This document shows, one piece after another, positions 51,211-62,818 of a DNA stretch of 64,000 bases. Position 1 is the stretch's first letter; every line of letters begins with the position of its first letter. The notes under the pieces are model-generated. The model was given only the letters and a program-made list of their open reading frames with translations, made no database searches and had not been told where the DNA came from. Origin of the DNA: Phoronis australis (Eukaryota > Animalia > Phoronida); the NCBI GenBank assembly GCA_002633005.1, contig NMRA01000009.1, positions 1,506,697-1,570,696 on the forward strand, written 5' to 3'. A program made the translations under genes and the position numbers.

Positions 51211-52064
51211 CTTAATACAGTCATGCATCAAAACAAGTCATTCCTATTTGCTAAGTACAACTTAAAGTGACAAGAGCGGGACTTCTAGTAGACGAAAGTA
51301 AACGACTAAACTAAGGGCTTACTAAGACTATACCTATAATACTCATTGATTACTTTAGAAATATCAAAGCAAGGCAAGGAGACTTTCAAAAGGCTAAGGA
51401 GCCGCTTGCATGAAGTTAGACAAAAATAAACTAAGTATTCGTTTCAACAATTTATCTCACTGCATGAGCAAAACATCAACCTGAGTTGAGTATCAACAAA
51501 ATGATTATATATTTATGTAAAATGTGCACAGTCATGTACAAGGGAAAATATCTAGGGATTACAATGTGGACTACCGATGCAATAATGGGAGAAACTAAAA
51601 TAAGGTACAGATTAAGAATGATATAAGTCAAACTTTAACATGGTTTGAAAAAAACGAATGAATACACTATGCATTTTATTATACTATAAGAAAAAACCCA
51701 TTACAAAAAACAGATTTAAAAAATGGCTAGGTAGGCATAACTATATGATTGAAATTCATTACACAGCGCAGGGAAACAAGAATCAGGGATGATAGGTAAG
51801 ACACATCTCTCTAATACTTTAAAAATTTTAAAACTTTTGCGATGTTGAGGTGCACAGATTCTGGAGTTTCATATTGAGCATTTTTCTCAATAATTTTGTA
51901 ACAGGTAAGTTTTTGTGGCTGAAAAGGCGTGAATGGAGTGAGTAAATGTCTTTTCAATTATGTTTCGGGGAATAATATAACAATTAATAATTTTTTTGAA
52001 GAAAATTGCCGAGGCTCTTGGCTTTAGTGAGTGGTATTGGTAATAACAGGTTGAGCGGTGGAAG

Positions 52065-52594
52065 TGTTACACAAAACTCAGCGTATATCGAGGGGAGCAT
52101 TTCTTTTGTAAAGAAAAGACATCAGTGCGTCTGTTCAGCGATTGTTGCCAGGACATTTATATTTAAATGAGCTGTTGTGTAGTTGGCTGGGTGCATTCAA
52201 ATGTTCGACCTGGGTGCGGCAATTGAGAGACAGCCATGACGGCACGGTGTAGGCGTGTCTAGAAGCTGTTTGGACACAGTGGAACGTTTGTGCCGACAGA
52301 GAAGACTTGTAACATTCAGCGGACAAAGTGGGGACCGCAAGATGATGGCGTTCAAAGTTGGATGCTGAAAGGAAGACACTGACCACAAGTGCACTGTGCA
52401 CGACCTGTGTGAAAAGATAAGCTAGACTGTGACTCAGTAATATTAGTTTGGGTGCCACATGGAGAGCTGTCGACCCAGTTATGATACTTATTAGTGTTTG
52501 TGTGTATAAACGTTTAATGTTGGAAGCTTTATTAAATATTGGTTCTTTTAAACTTGTTTTTCTACTGAATTGCCTGATTAGTCACGCCGTGACA
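52065..52594 (+). mobile_element. LTR of a second retrotransposon family, followed by a tRNA-Pro-type PBS
   Basis: TGTTAC...GTGACA inverted ends, TATA-like tatttaaa at ~52160, attaaa at ~52531, then tgggagcttgtccaggaa at 52598-52615 (3 transitions from TGGGGGCTCGTCCGGGA). Confidence 0.65.
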
Positions 52595-52919
52595 TTTTGG
52601 GAGCTTGTCCAGGAATCGAGCAAAATGAAATTGTTCATTAGTAGAGAACGAGACAATTCTAGTAGAGCACAGTAATTAGTAGAATTATTTCACTGTGACA
52701 ATGTTGTGACTGTGTTCCTTGTTATCTTAGATTTCTGCAACCCCAAGCAAGTTTTGCCATACAGTGGTAGATGTCTGTACTTGGTTTTCCGTGGAGTCGT
52801 TTGAATGAATAAAGATTGATAGCATCATGAAAATCTGAGAACAAGAGCAACGCGGAGTGTTGAAATGCGCTCACGAATGCATTGCAAATGGTGTGCTTTT
52901 AGGTTTATTTATTTGTATC

Positions 52920-54133
52920 ATAAAAATGGCCACTAGACTGGATGGCGCAAAAACATACAATCCACCCAAAAACAGGAACATGCCATATTTCATAAAAATC
53001 TGTCAAGGAACTTCAGAGAAACAAAAGAAAACAGAATGAAATGAAATTGCCACTAGTGGACACAGTGTCCGTTGGATCCGCCTGAAAGTCGTCGTCATCT
53101 GTTGTTATCTTCATATAAATACACTTACTAAATTTAGTAAAGATCCTGCTGTGGGTTTAAGATATACAACTATGGGCGCAAAACAAAACTACCACTAGGA
53201 GGCACCACAGTAGTCAGTCACCATCATCAAAGGTCGTCTTCACACTAAGAACATATATGGCAATTTTCAAATGATTTGGTTGATACAAGGGTGGACACCA
53301 AAAACAAGATTTGAAAACAGCAAAAATGGCCACTAGGTGGTGCAAAATACCTCGATTCCATCCAAAAATAGGAAGACAGTGTCATCAAACCACTAGATGC
53401 CTATATTTAAAATTTTATGAAAATCTGTTGAGGATCTTTGAAGATACGGAGTTAAACGTAAAAAACTAAAATTGCCACTAGGGGGCACAGCAGTTGTCAG
53501 ATCTGTCCGAAAGTCGTCGTCATCCGTAGTCAACATCATATAAAGACACTTGCTAAATTAAGTAAAGATCCTGAAAACGGTTTAGGAGATAAAGCCATAA
53601 GCAAAACAAAAAACTGCCACTAGGAGGTGCCACAGTAGTTGAAATAGTTGGAAAATCGTCAACCGTCCTCTTTATAGTAAGCACATACATGCCAATTTTC
53701 ACAATCATCCTTTGAGCGGATTGGTTGATGGAGGGGTGGACGCAAAAATGCAGACTCGAAAACAGTAAAAATGGCCAGTAGGTGGCGCAAACTACATTGA
53801 ATCCATCTGAAAACACGAGGATAGCGTCAACTCACTAATAGGTGCCTATATATTAAATTTCATGAAAATCTGTTAAGGACTTTTGAAGATACAAAGGTAA
53901 ACGTAAAAAAAATAAAATTGCCACCAGGGGGCAAACCGGTACTCAGATCCGTCCGAAAGTTCGCTTATGCCATCTCATTCATAAATGGAACACATGCGCC
54001 AAATTTCATGAACGTATGTCAAAGGGTTTTGGAGATAGAGCAGCGGACGCCGCCCGGATGGACGGACGGACGGACGGACGGACGGAGATGACAGCACAGT
54101 GCGTCCACATATAAATACGTCGGCGCATAAAAA
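52920..54133 (-). mobile_element. Helentron-associated (HINE/DINE-1-like) element, reverse orientation
   Basis: Ends gcgtccacatataaatacgtcggcgcataaaaa with a (GGAC)n tract at ~54057-54086 and about eight ~145-bp subunits. It is the reverse complement of the 33540 copy. Confidence 0.85.
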
Positions 54134-54541
54134 TGGGGGTAAGAGCTTATTGACAAGACCTAAACATTTTAGAGAAAATATGAAAAATGTCGTTAAAGGA
54201 AAGAAGATTCAATGACCGAAATAATGGGTCAGTATGATGAGGTAATATTTCAAACAGCACGTTTTTGTAATACTTGTAGTCGACGGCAGTTGTGGAAACC
54301 CCAGCATGTTATAGCATAAGTGTGGTAAAATGAGAGCTTTATACTGAATCAAAACAAGAACATGCCAAGGAAATATTCCTTTTAACTTGTGCAGTACACC
54401 ACATGTTTTAACAGTCTTGTTTGCTATCTCTTGTATATGTTTGTTCCAAGATAAGTGTCTGTCTAGATGTAATCCCAAAAACTTAAATGTTTCGACTTCA
54501 TGTGATTGGCTTGTTAGGATTTGCTGACCAGGAATGTGTTG

Positions 54542-54796
54542 CATGCGCGCACCCAGCCTTTAATATAGGGGGGGGGGCTTGAATTCCTGTCCAAGTGCAC
54601 CTTTCACTAACAAAAAGTGGGTGGACTACAAAAAGCACAGTACCACGTTCAGAGCTGTGAATTGTGCATTTGCACTTTTTAGTGGACTTTTTTTGCTTCC
54701 TCGGACTCTCTGTTTCTCTGAGGTGGACCTTTTGCCCACTTCGCCAAATGGGAGGCTCGTTCGACCATCCCGAGCACCCCCCTGGGTGCGCGCATG
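54542..54796. mobile_element. MITE with perfect 15-bp TIRs and apparent 5-bp TSD (hAT5-like)
   Basis: catgcgcgcacccag ... ctgggtgcgcgcatg, flanked by tgttg and tgctg. It interrupts the LINE. Confidence 0.75.
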
Positions 54797-55231
54797 TGCT
54801 GCTCTTTGAGATGTTTGTGAGGAAAGCTAAACAATATGTATTTTGTTTTTGGGGATTTAAGTGAGAGTTTATTTGCTATCAGCCAGGCATTTAGACGTGA
54901 GATTTTATTGTTTATGAAAACTGCTGATGCATCTGCTGAGGAAGTGTTACTTTATGCTAATTGGGGTGATAAGGCATGTGTCATCTGAATACATGAGTAC
55001 ATCTAGTGAAGTGGACAGATGTAGGTCATTTACACATACCAGAAAAAGTAAGGGTCCCTCTATGGAACCTTGTGGAACACCAGTGGTAATCTGTAAGTTG
55101 GCAGATCTTGTAGTCAACAGATACGATTTGCATTCTACTTGATATTGTGAACCACTGCATTTCATTGCTGCGAATACCATTATGACAGTATTTTAAGTTC
55201 TGTAGAAGAATTTGTGATCAATGGTGTCAAA

Positions 55232-55392
55232 CAGCGGCAGATTTAAGTGGGAGCCACGAGGACCATGGCACCCCCTAAAACTCTCCCAGATTCCCGTTTT
55301 GGCAGTTTGGGGTGCGAGTGTCTGATGGGCAAAATCATGCCTAATACTGTGCCCTGCCTCCCCCCCAACCCACAATCCTGGATCTGCCCCTG
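55232..55392. mobile_element. Short hAT-like MITE with 5-bp duplication
   Basis: cagcggcagat ... atctgcccctg with tcaaa on both sides. Removing it restores AFDTIDH of the LINE RT. Confidence 0.8.
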
Positions 55393-55671
55393 TCAAATGC
55401 CTGTGAGAGATCGATAAATATTGTCAAAGGATTTTGACCTCTGGCTAGAAAAGATTTCAACAAGTTCAAGAGCACCAAGCTCAGGCTCAACCTCAGTACA
55501 GTAGAAAAATTCGCGCGATGATGTCCTCTCAGTTCATTGTACATTTGCTGCATCTTTGTATATACATTTTATCGGCGACTATTGTGAAAATTTTGTTCTA
55601 TGACGTTCCTGTACCGATATAACATAAACTTATTTTAGGCTACCTAGGGGCTAAGGCTTAGATCTGTGTAT

Positions 55672-55985
55672 AGTTGTGTGACTAGAGTGGCACACGACTG
55701 TAGTCTTGACAGAGAACGACGCTAACTGTCGGAGAGTGACAAAGACCTGCTGTGTTTGCAGAGAGCGCCACCTGGTGTGTTACTGAGACATCCATTGCTG
55801 CAGTTTTTCACTTTGAATCTCCAGCCGTTGAAGTCAAGACAGGCTTTGCACATACCTGTGTTGCAAGCTGTGAATTCATTGTGTAGTGACCTCAATTACG
55901 TATACACTGACCACGGCCGTAGAGAGTAGCTAGGTAAGGCCGAACTTGATAATAGAACCAGACTCAATACAGAGAACACAAAACA
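55672..55985 (+). repeat. 5' LTR of the Gypsy element
   Basis: gttgtgtgactagagtggcacacga...gacctg is repeated at 62745-62818. The LTR ends ..cacaaaaCA just before the PBS. Confidence 0.85.
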
Positions 55986-55989
55986 TTTT

Positions 55990-56004
55990 TGGTGTCAGGT
56001 GTGG
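55990..56004 (+). other. Primer-binding site, tRNA-Leu type
   Basis: TGGTGTCAGGTGTGG, 4 nt after the LTR, is one mismatch from TGGTGTCAGGAGTGG (complement of a tRNA-Leu 3' end). Confidence 0.7.
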
Positions 56005-57127
56005 TGCGTTTTTTTTAAAAACGCGTAAATATAAAAACCTAGGAGTACCGCCAGCAGCCATATTGGGCGTGTCAAATTGAATTTAGAGTTCGTTTTGAAA
56101 AGGCTTCATTTGTTTATCGTAGACTTTGTTGTTTTTCTTCTCTTTTTGAGTAAGAGGATGGGTAAACATTACTGAGACTGTTGGTTATTGTTCAGAAATT
56201 TGTGTAAGGTTTATTTCATAAATTTTGGCGGTTCCAGTTGAGGAAAAATAAGTAGTTGCGGCAGTGAATCCATATTGGTTGATAGATAGTCCATAGGAAT
56301 TACTGTAAATATTATTTCTCGTATGTCATGGGGAATTCAAGTGCAAGCTAGTGTCTGTCTGAACAGAGGGTGTGTCTACAGAGGAGTGAAATTAAAACAA
56401 GAATAAGCCCTTGTTCAAAGTTTCTTTATTATAATTCTTTGTAATAATATAAACACATACATACAGTAATCAACTGAGTGCCTGCCAAATATATTAAAGG
56501 ACTCAATGGTTAAGTAAACACAGAATAAATAATAAATAATTGTAAAATGGACAACTACGGATATTACCATGGACAGACCAGAGCTGCGGAGAGAGTTCAC
56601 CAACAGTACGTAGATTTCCTACAAAGATGAGGGGTCTGTACAAGAGAGCCAAGAAGACCCAACTCGCTTACTACGTAAACCTACAAGGTCATAAGTGAAG
56701 CAACTATGACGACTCCACCCAGTGTCCGACGAGTCACATCGGTAGCCTATACGGATGAGCGACAAGCAACAATCTGTCTCTGGGGGAAGAGTCAGTGATG
56801 AGTACAGTCTTCCGCCTCAAAGATTCGTCATTAGAAAAGGCAAAGAACGTCATCCTGAGGATCGTGGTCAGTATTGGTAATCCTCAGCGTCACAGAGGAT
56901 TCCACATTCCAGTTATTACGTGCTGAATATTGAGTATTGGTTACCTCCAGTGCCACAAATAAGCCCCGTTCCCAACTGCTATGTGCCAGATATCCCCAGT
57001 ACAGCGGCGAGGTCCGATGGAGGACTACTATGGTCCGCAGGCCAAATACGGGAGTTACAGGACAGAGGTAAAACATGAATCTGTACCATAGAGAAGCCCA
57101 AGGTACTACGAACAGGTTGACCGCAGA

Positions 57128-58240
57128 ATGTATTATCACCCACGATCGGAAATGACAGCCCCAGCTCTTTCAAGATACATGGAACCAGAGGCAGCTAAGC
57201 AATGCAGCGACTGGTGGAGAGAGGGTGAAAGGCAAGATGTGGACCAGTACTCTGCGAGAGGAGGTGGTTACTTACCTGAAGCGTTTTACCGAGTTCCCCT
57301 GCATCCCGTGCCGCGCAGAGCCCCCTCATCTAGAAGAGGATTGAACCTGAGATTTCCTAAGAATGACTATCGCGTCTTTAAGTCGTTGTTCACCAGATGG
57401 GATGACGCCAACAGAGTCATGCATGCCGAAGCTCTGGATGCATCCTTGCAGTGTTTAGAGGGTCGCCCACACGAGTTTATAACCAAGTTTGGAGAAAACA
57501 ACAAGTCCATGTCGCTAGATGCTATCCAAAACCTCTTGGACGACTACCATGACGACGAGAGGAGAGCCGAGACCGCAAGTCAAAACCTGGGGTTAGCCAT
57601 GAAAAAGTTTGACGAATCTGTCAGAGACTGGGCAATGCGGGTGTTTACACTGGCCAAACAAGCGTTTGGGGACTACGATAAGCAGCTTGTCCACAGAGAG
57701 GCAGTCATGCAGTTTTGCACAGGTGCTATCGACAAAGAAGCCGGAGAACTTGTTCTTCTGCGAAAACCAGCCACCGTGGAGGAGGCCAAGGCTATGATGA
57801 TGGAGAAGGCAAGGGTGAGAAAATGCATCCGTCAGAAGACTGAACAGAGAACATCAGTTTCTTCCGTGAAACCACATTCAATCCCTGCCCAAGACTAAAA
57901 TTCAATTTCCGAGGGAGATCTTCTGAAGCAGGTTCTTCAGTTGTTGCAGCAGTTATTGGCGAAGTCACCACGATCGGAACCACGCAGATCACCTTCCAAG
58001 AGCAATGGTAGGTACCATGGCAATGGAAGGGCTTGGATGGGGAATCGTGGAGGTCATAATGGACAGGGAGCACAAAATGCAGGTGGTAGCAACAGTCAGA
58101 ATGGACATGCGACCAACGGCTCCAGCAGTACTCAATATCCTGCAAACAATCGCTTAGCAGCAAACCAGAGCGGTAGCAGACGGGACAGGCGTTGCTTCAA
58201 GTGTCATCAAGAAGGTCACTTTCAGGCTCAATGTCTGTAG
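57128..58240 (+). pseudogene. gag: Gypsy gag with in-frame stops
   Basis: Two same-frame ORFs (57128-57898 and 57941-58240). Capsid-like ESVRDWAMRVFTLAKQAF...QFCTG and zinc knuckle CFKCHQEGHFQAQC. Confidence 0.85.
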
Positions 58241-58251
58241 AATTCATCGTC

Positions 58252-58296
58252 GGGAAACGAGTCTGGGACCGGCGTGAGAGCCCCGTCCGGTTCCCA
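58252..58296 (+). other. -1 programmed ribosomal frameshift signal (gag-pol)
   Basis: G GGA AAC heptamer in the gag frame, 5-nt spacer, then hairpin TGGGACCGG...CCGGTTCCCA. The -1 frame is the frame of ORFs 58192-58392 and 58396-58890. Confidence 0.75.
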
Positions 58297-58395
58297 ACAG
58301 TGGATGATGGCACAGACATCACTGAAGACGACCTGGAAACGGATGTGGATGACGAACTAGACTGTGACTTTGGAGAAGAAATGCTGGCTTAGGCA

Positions 58396-59680
58396 GTGAG
58401 ACGGTTCACAGAGGGGATGGAAGATTCGGCTGACATTTTTGCTTCTTCTGTTGTGTGGGAGAGGGACGCAACTGTGGAAGCAGATAGCTGTGCAGGAGTT
58501 CAAGTAGTCACACGGAGACAGAGGGCGAATGACTCTTCAGAAGGCATCGTGGGAGGACAGGATTGTTCACTTCCATCATCCTCAAACCATCCTTCGCTTC
58601 TTGTGGAGGAGATGGATACGAGTCCCGAGTCTGCCGATAGACTTAGTCAAGAACAGGGTAAAGATCTTGATCTGAAGAGCATCTTGGGCTGGATTAAAGA
58701 AGGCAAACAGCCCGAGGCAGACGAATTATTCTTGTTGACTGAGAGAGCAAAGTCCTACTGGCTGAACAAAGAGAATTTTAGCTTATTCCATGATGATGTC
58801 CTTATGGTCTTTGATCATAGCAAAAACCACAGGAAGCTGTTTGTGGTTCCACGTTCTCTTGAAGAAGAGGTCATTCGTCTTGAACAATGAGTCATCCTTG
58901 GCAGGACATCCTGGTATGGAGAGGACGTACTCTAAGATAAGGTTGAAGTATTACAGGCAGGGAATGTGACAAGATATTTGCAATTTTGTGGAGGCTTGTG
59001 CTGTCTGTAACCATGGCAAAGGTCGGGAATGCAAAGCTGGAACGCCACTGGTAAAGTATCAGGCAGGTGTACCGATGGAAAGGGTACATTTAGACTTTCT
59101 AGGTCCATTGCCGAGAAATGAGTATATCCTGATGGTAGTTGATCAATTCACAAAGTGGGTAGAGTGTCTTCCACTTCCAGATCAAAGAGCGGAAAACACC
59201 GCTAAAGCTTTGGTTGACCATGTGTTTGCACGATTTGGTTGTCCATTTCAGATATTTTCAGATCGTGGTACAAATTTCCAAAGCGCTATATTTAAGGAGG
59301 TATGTCGTCTGCTGCACATTCACCAATTGCATACCACAGCATATAGACCAAGTGCTAATGGGCAGGAAGAGCGACTGAATCATTCTTTAATGAATGCCGT
59401 TCGTTGCTTTGTGGGTGAGTTTCTGCAACATTGGGACCAGTATATCTCAATTATCACAGAAGCGTTGCGCGCATGCATAAACCGATCTATGGGTCTAACA
59501 CCAACACGATGTTAGGTAGAGAAGTCAATACCTCGCAGAAGAATCTTTTAGGCTGCACGAGACCAATAATACTGGAAATTCTACAACATATGCAAACGAG
59601 TTGATTGGGAAACTTTCACGGGCTCACGGAATCGCGAGGGAGAATCTTTGTACAGCAATGAAAAGGGCCAAAAGTCGCAC
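58396..59680 (+). pseudogene. pol: Gypsy integrase remnant
   Basis: LAGHPG...CAVC zinc-binding region and core VHLDFLGPLP, VVDQFTKW, SDRGTNF, YRPSANGQEER. Contains stops and frameshifts. Confidence 0.9.
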
Positions 59681-59979
59681 CAAACTAACCGCTTTGCTGT
59701 CTGACCATAGTCGGCGGTGGAAAATGTGACTGTCCCTAAATCTGATCAACATCATCGTCCTGAACAGTTGCCGATCATGAGTCAGTTACGGCAGACGTTG
59801 TTTTCAAAGAGGTCAGCCGACCAAAGTCGGGTCTGACACATATCCTCTAAGACCGGCCGACCATAGTCGTACCCGGCAGACACCACCAACTAGATGAGTT
59901 GGGGAAACGAAAGTCGAGACAGAGGACTCATGAGTCCCAGTAGGGGTAAGTATTAATTGGAACAGAAAGTGAGTCTTAA

Positions 59980-61561
59980 AAGGGAACTGTATTTTATTCT
60001 GAATCAATTTTAGATAGTTTTCTATGAATTGTTGTTTAATTTCACAAATAATTCAAAAAGCAAAAAGTAAACTTATATCCTCTAACGAAGCTCAAAAAAT
60101 TACCGGCTTAGAGCGCTGCTTCTCGTGACGTATTTGGCAGGGGTTAAGTCATTGTCTTGTGTTAGCGTGCAGTCAAGTGGCGTTTTTCATATTGTCGGTA
60201 TAAGAAATTTTAGTGTGAAATGTCGGGTCATTAGGGATACCTGTTTGAGCCGAGGCAACACAAAGTGATACCCCGTCGTCGTCATCGTCAGACAAAAATT
60301 TGCTGGTGTAACCAGTCCCTATCAACAATTTACACTGGTGTGACTGTGCCGTGGGCAGTGTGGACCCTAGCCAGCCAGTCAGCCAGCTGTCAGCCAATAC
60401 TCAGCTCTGTAAACTTGAAGGGTTGGTTAGTAAACGACTATAGCTGTATGAAGACTATTGTACCACTGTGTGTTGAGCTCCGTTAACCCCGAAATTTCAG
60501 ACAGCCGTTGACTACCCGGTATAGTTGAGTTAAGCCTCATCGCAAAACTTAGGCTGCCTCAACATACATAGCTAACGTACCGGCGGGGGTGCATCTGGTA
60601 GTCACCCGACACTCACATTGTTCGTTGCAGCCGGTTAAGTGGAAAACAATCAAATAAACGTCACTTGGTAGCATAATTTGCCGCCTTTTGTAACAAAGAA
60701 GTGTGTCATCCGTTTCACAAACAGCACACTTGTGACACGGCGCACACGCCATTTCCTAAAAATTTGAGACGTCTTTCGGGACAATGACAGCTTCGCAGCA
60801 CCAAGGTTGTTCTAAAATTTGGTTTGCTGGTATAAAAATACTAAAAACTTATAACGAAATGATAACATGTACGCAACCTAGGTACCGGCAGCGACTAACA
60901 CTTGATAAAAGAATCGGGGGAAAAGAAACTGGTAAAGGTCAGGTGACGTAATCGCAAAAAGCAGACTCAAGAGAACACATCACAATTTTAGTAGCAGTCG
61001 ATGAACGATCGCTTACTTTTCCAACACCGGTAAATACAGAAGTTAGTTTACTCTAGGAAGGTTTACCCAAGGATGAGATTAGTTTGAGTGACATTAATTT
61101 TGAGTCAGATTTTATTAGTCCATTTTTTACCAAAACCTGTAGGCCTATATTTAGTATACAGCTTTGGGCCAAGGCTTGGGTAACCCGGCGATGGTAAGCG
61201 ATGACCATCCCTTTAGAGGACACCTTTTTCGAAGAGTTTGAGCAACCAGACGCCATACAAAAAGGCATAGAAAACCTTTTATAGCACTGTAGCAAACAAT
61301 AAAAATAAGGACGATTGATACAATGATAAATTACGATGTAAACTCTTCAAAATATGACATAAGCAATGAATGTGTAAAGCAGCCGATACCCCGCCATTCA
61401 CGTCACAGACACATCAGCCAATCAGCAATCGCTTTCAGGATTCAATGTTTTAACCATGAATACGAATCGGCTTTTGTTTGAAACGCAAGTCAGGCATATG
61501 TGAGTTTTATTTGTATGTTAGAACCGATTAACTGCAACATTATTTTGACTACAGTCCCCTT
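59980..61561. mobile_element. Non-autonomous Kolobok-type DNA transposon
   Basis: TTAA|aagggaactgta ... tacagtcccctt|TTAA: 12-bp TIR with 1 mismatch, RR termini and TTAA TSD. Contains a THAP fragment. Confidence 0.8.
61188..61268 (-). pseudogene. N-terminal THAP zinc-finger fragment
   Basis: MPFCMASGCSNSSKKVSSKGMVIAYHR fits the THAP start M-P-x-C-x4-C-x-N...[FY]HRFP, then similarity stops. Confidence 0.65.
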
Positions 61562-62744
61562 TTAAGTTGGAAACTCTATTTCCTGACCAGACTGCAAACA
61601 GTCACTTTCGGTAAAAATTAGGTCGAAATTTTTTTATTGCAGATTATAATTATTTATTCATTCTACTTCACAAAACATTGCTTTAAAACAAGCTAACTTC
61701 ATTTTAAACCTTATTTATTGTTTTGAAAAACACCACCTTCTCCAAGTCTGTATAGCTCGCAAAATTTTCATCAAAATTTGCCGGTTTTCGTGATCATATT
61801 GCTCAGTCACCCAATGACCCAATTCACTCGTAAACAGATCAACAGAAAGGTCAAATTCTGCTCATTATGCATTTAGTAAGCTCTTTGAGTTTTTCCTCCA
61901 ATCGTTAGTTGTAATTTCACTTTTTGCATTCGGGGTATATTCAACAGAAGTGGAACTCAGCAGTCTTTTAGCTAGCAACGACCTTTTAACCTAATACATC
62001 GCTGACCTCATTTGCTACCAGAACTAGTTAAGTGGACATGAAATTATGGCGTCGCGAGGTCATGGCATGTTTACAAGACAGTAAGATGGCTGATCGCCGT
62101 GTAGCTGATATCTCAGTGATTAACTCTTGACTGCCATATCAAGATCAGCGAGAATTAACTGAACTCATCGAAGAGCACATTTGTGGATGGAGACAAGGGC
62201 AAATTTCATGACAGCAACGAGTTGTTTGACAACAGCAACTCCTCACTTAAGATGAGTTTCATGATCGACCCATCGTGAAGACGGTTAGATAGGAACAAGC
62301 AGAACGTGAAGAAAACAGTCCGGATTACCTTAATCACAGAGCTAAGTCTAAAATGTAGCACTCAAATTGCAGGTTGCTCAGTATGGAAAATTTAAAGACA
62401 CTATCAGCACTTTTTCTCGGCCATTTTCCTTCACCTTTTAAAGCTCTAAATTTTCGCTTTCACCAACGAGAAATGGCAATAACTCAATCACTTGTTAAGA
62501 TAGGGACACGTTTCATACATCAAAATGTTCAAAAAATACTGTATTTTCAGAAAAAATAACAATTACAAAAATGGCAAATCCCTACTAAGACTCATTTTGT
62601 GGTGCTGGGTCACATATGTTCAATTTCATGTTTCAGCCAGTTGGAGACTTGTGTAAATATTAATGATAGTCTCCGAGCTGGACTGGTGTATACTTTTTGT
62701 TGTTTGGATTTGGGCAGGAATCCTTAAAATTAAACAGGGAGGGA

Positions 62745-62818
62745 TGTTGTGTGACTAGAGTGGCACACGATTGTAGTGTTGACGAAGAACGACACTGTCG
62801 GAGAGCGACGGAGACCTG
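62745..62818 (+). repeat. Start of the Gypsy 3' LTR, interrupted or truncated
   Basis: TGTTGTGTGACTAGAG directly follows the PPT, and similarity to the 5' LTR ends after gagacctg. Confidence 0.85.

Larger units (their letters stand above)
54209..55440 (-). mobile_element. Decayed CR1/L2-group LINE reverse transcriptase fragment, split by two MITEs
   Basis: Motifs occur in order: IFIDLSQAFD/TIDH, GVPQGSIEGPLLFLVCVNDL, MYSDDT, FKFLGLHLDRHLSWNKHI, YKALILPHLCY. Frameshifted. Confidence 0.9.
59959..62614. mobile_element. Unclassified TIR element inserted in the Gypsy 3' region, itself split by the Kolobok element
   Basis: Right end taagactcattttgtggtgctgggtcaca|ta has a partial inverted match on the left, ggaacagaaagtgagtcttaa(gt). 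The left tip is missing. Confidence 0.5.

Noticed and set aside
51500-51900. Possible RNase H end or LINE RT remnant before the 52065 LTR
   Set aside because: Only scattered motif-like words (NDISQTLTWFEKN, GMIGK) in different frames, too decayed to assign.
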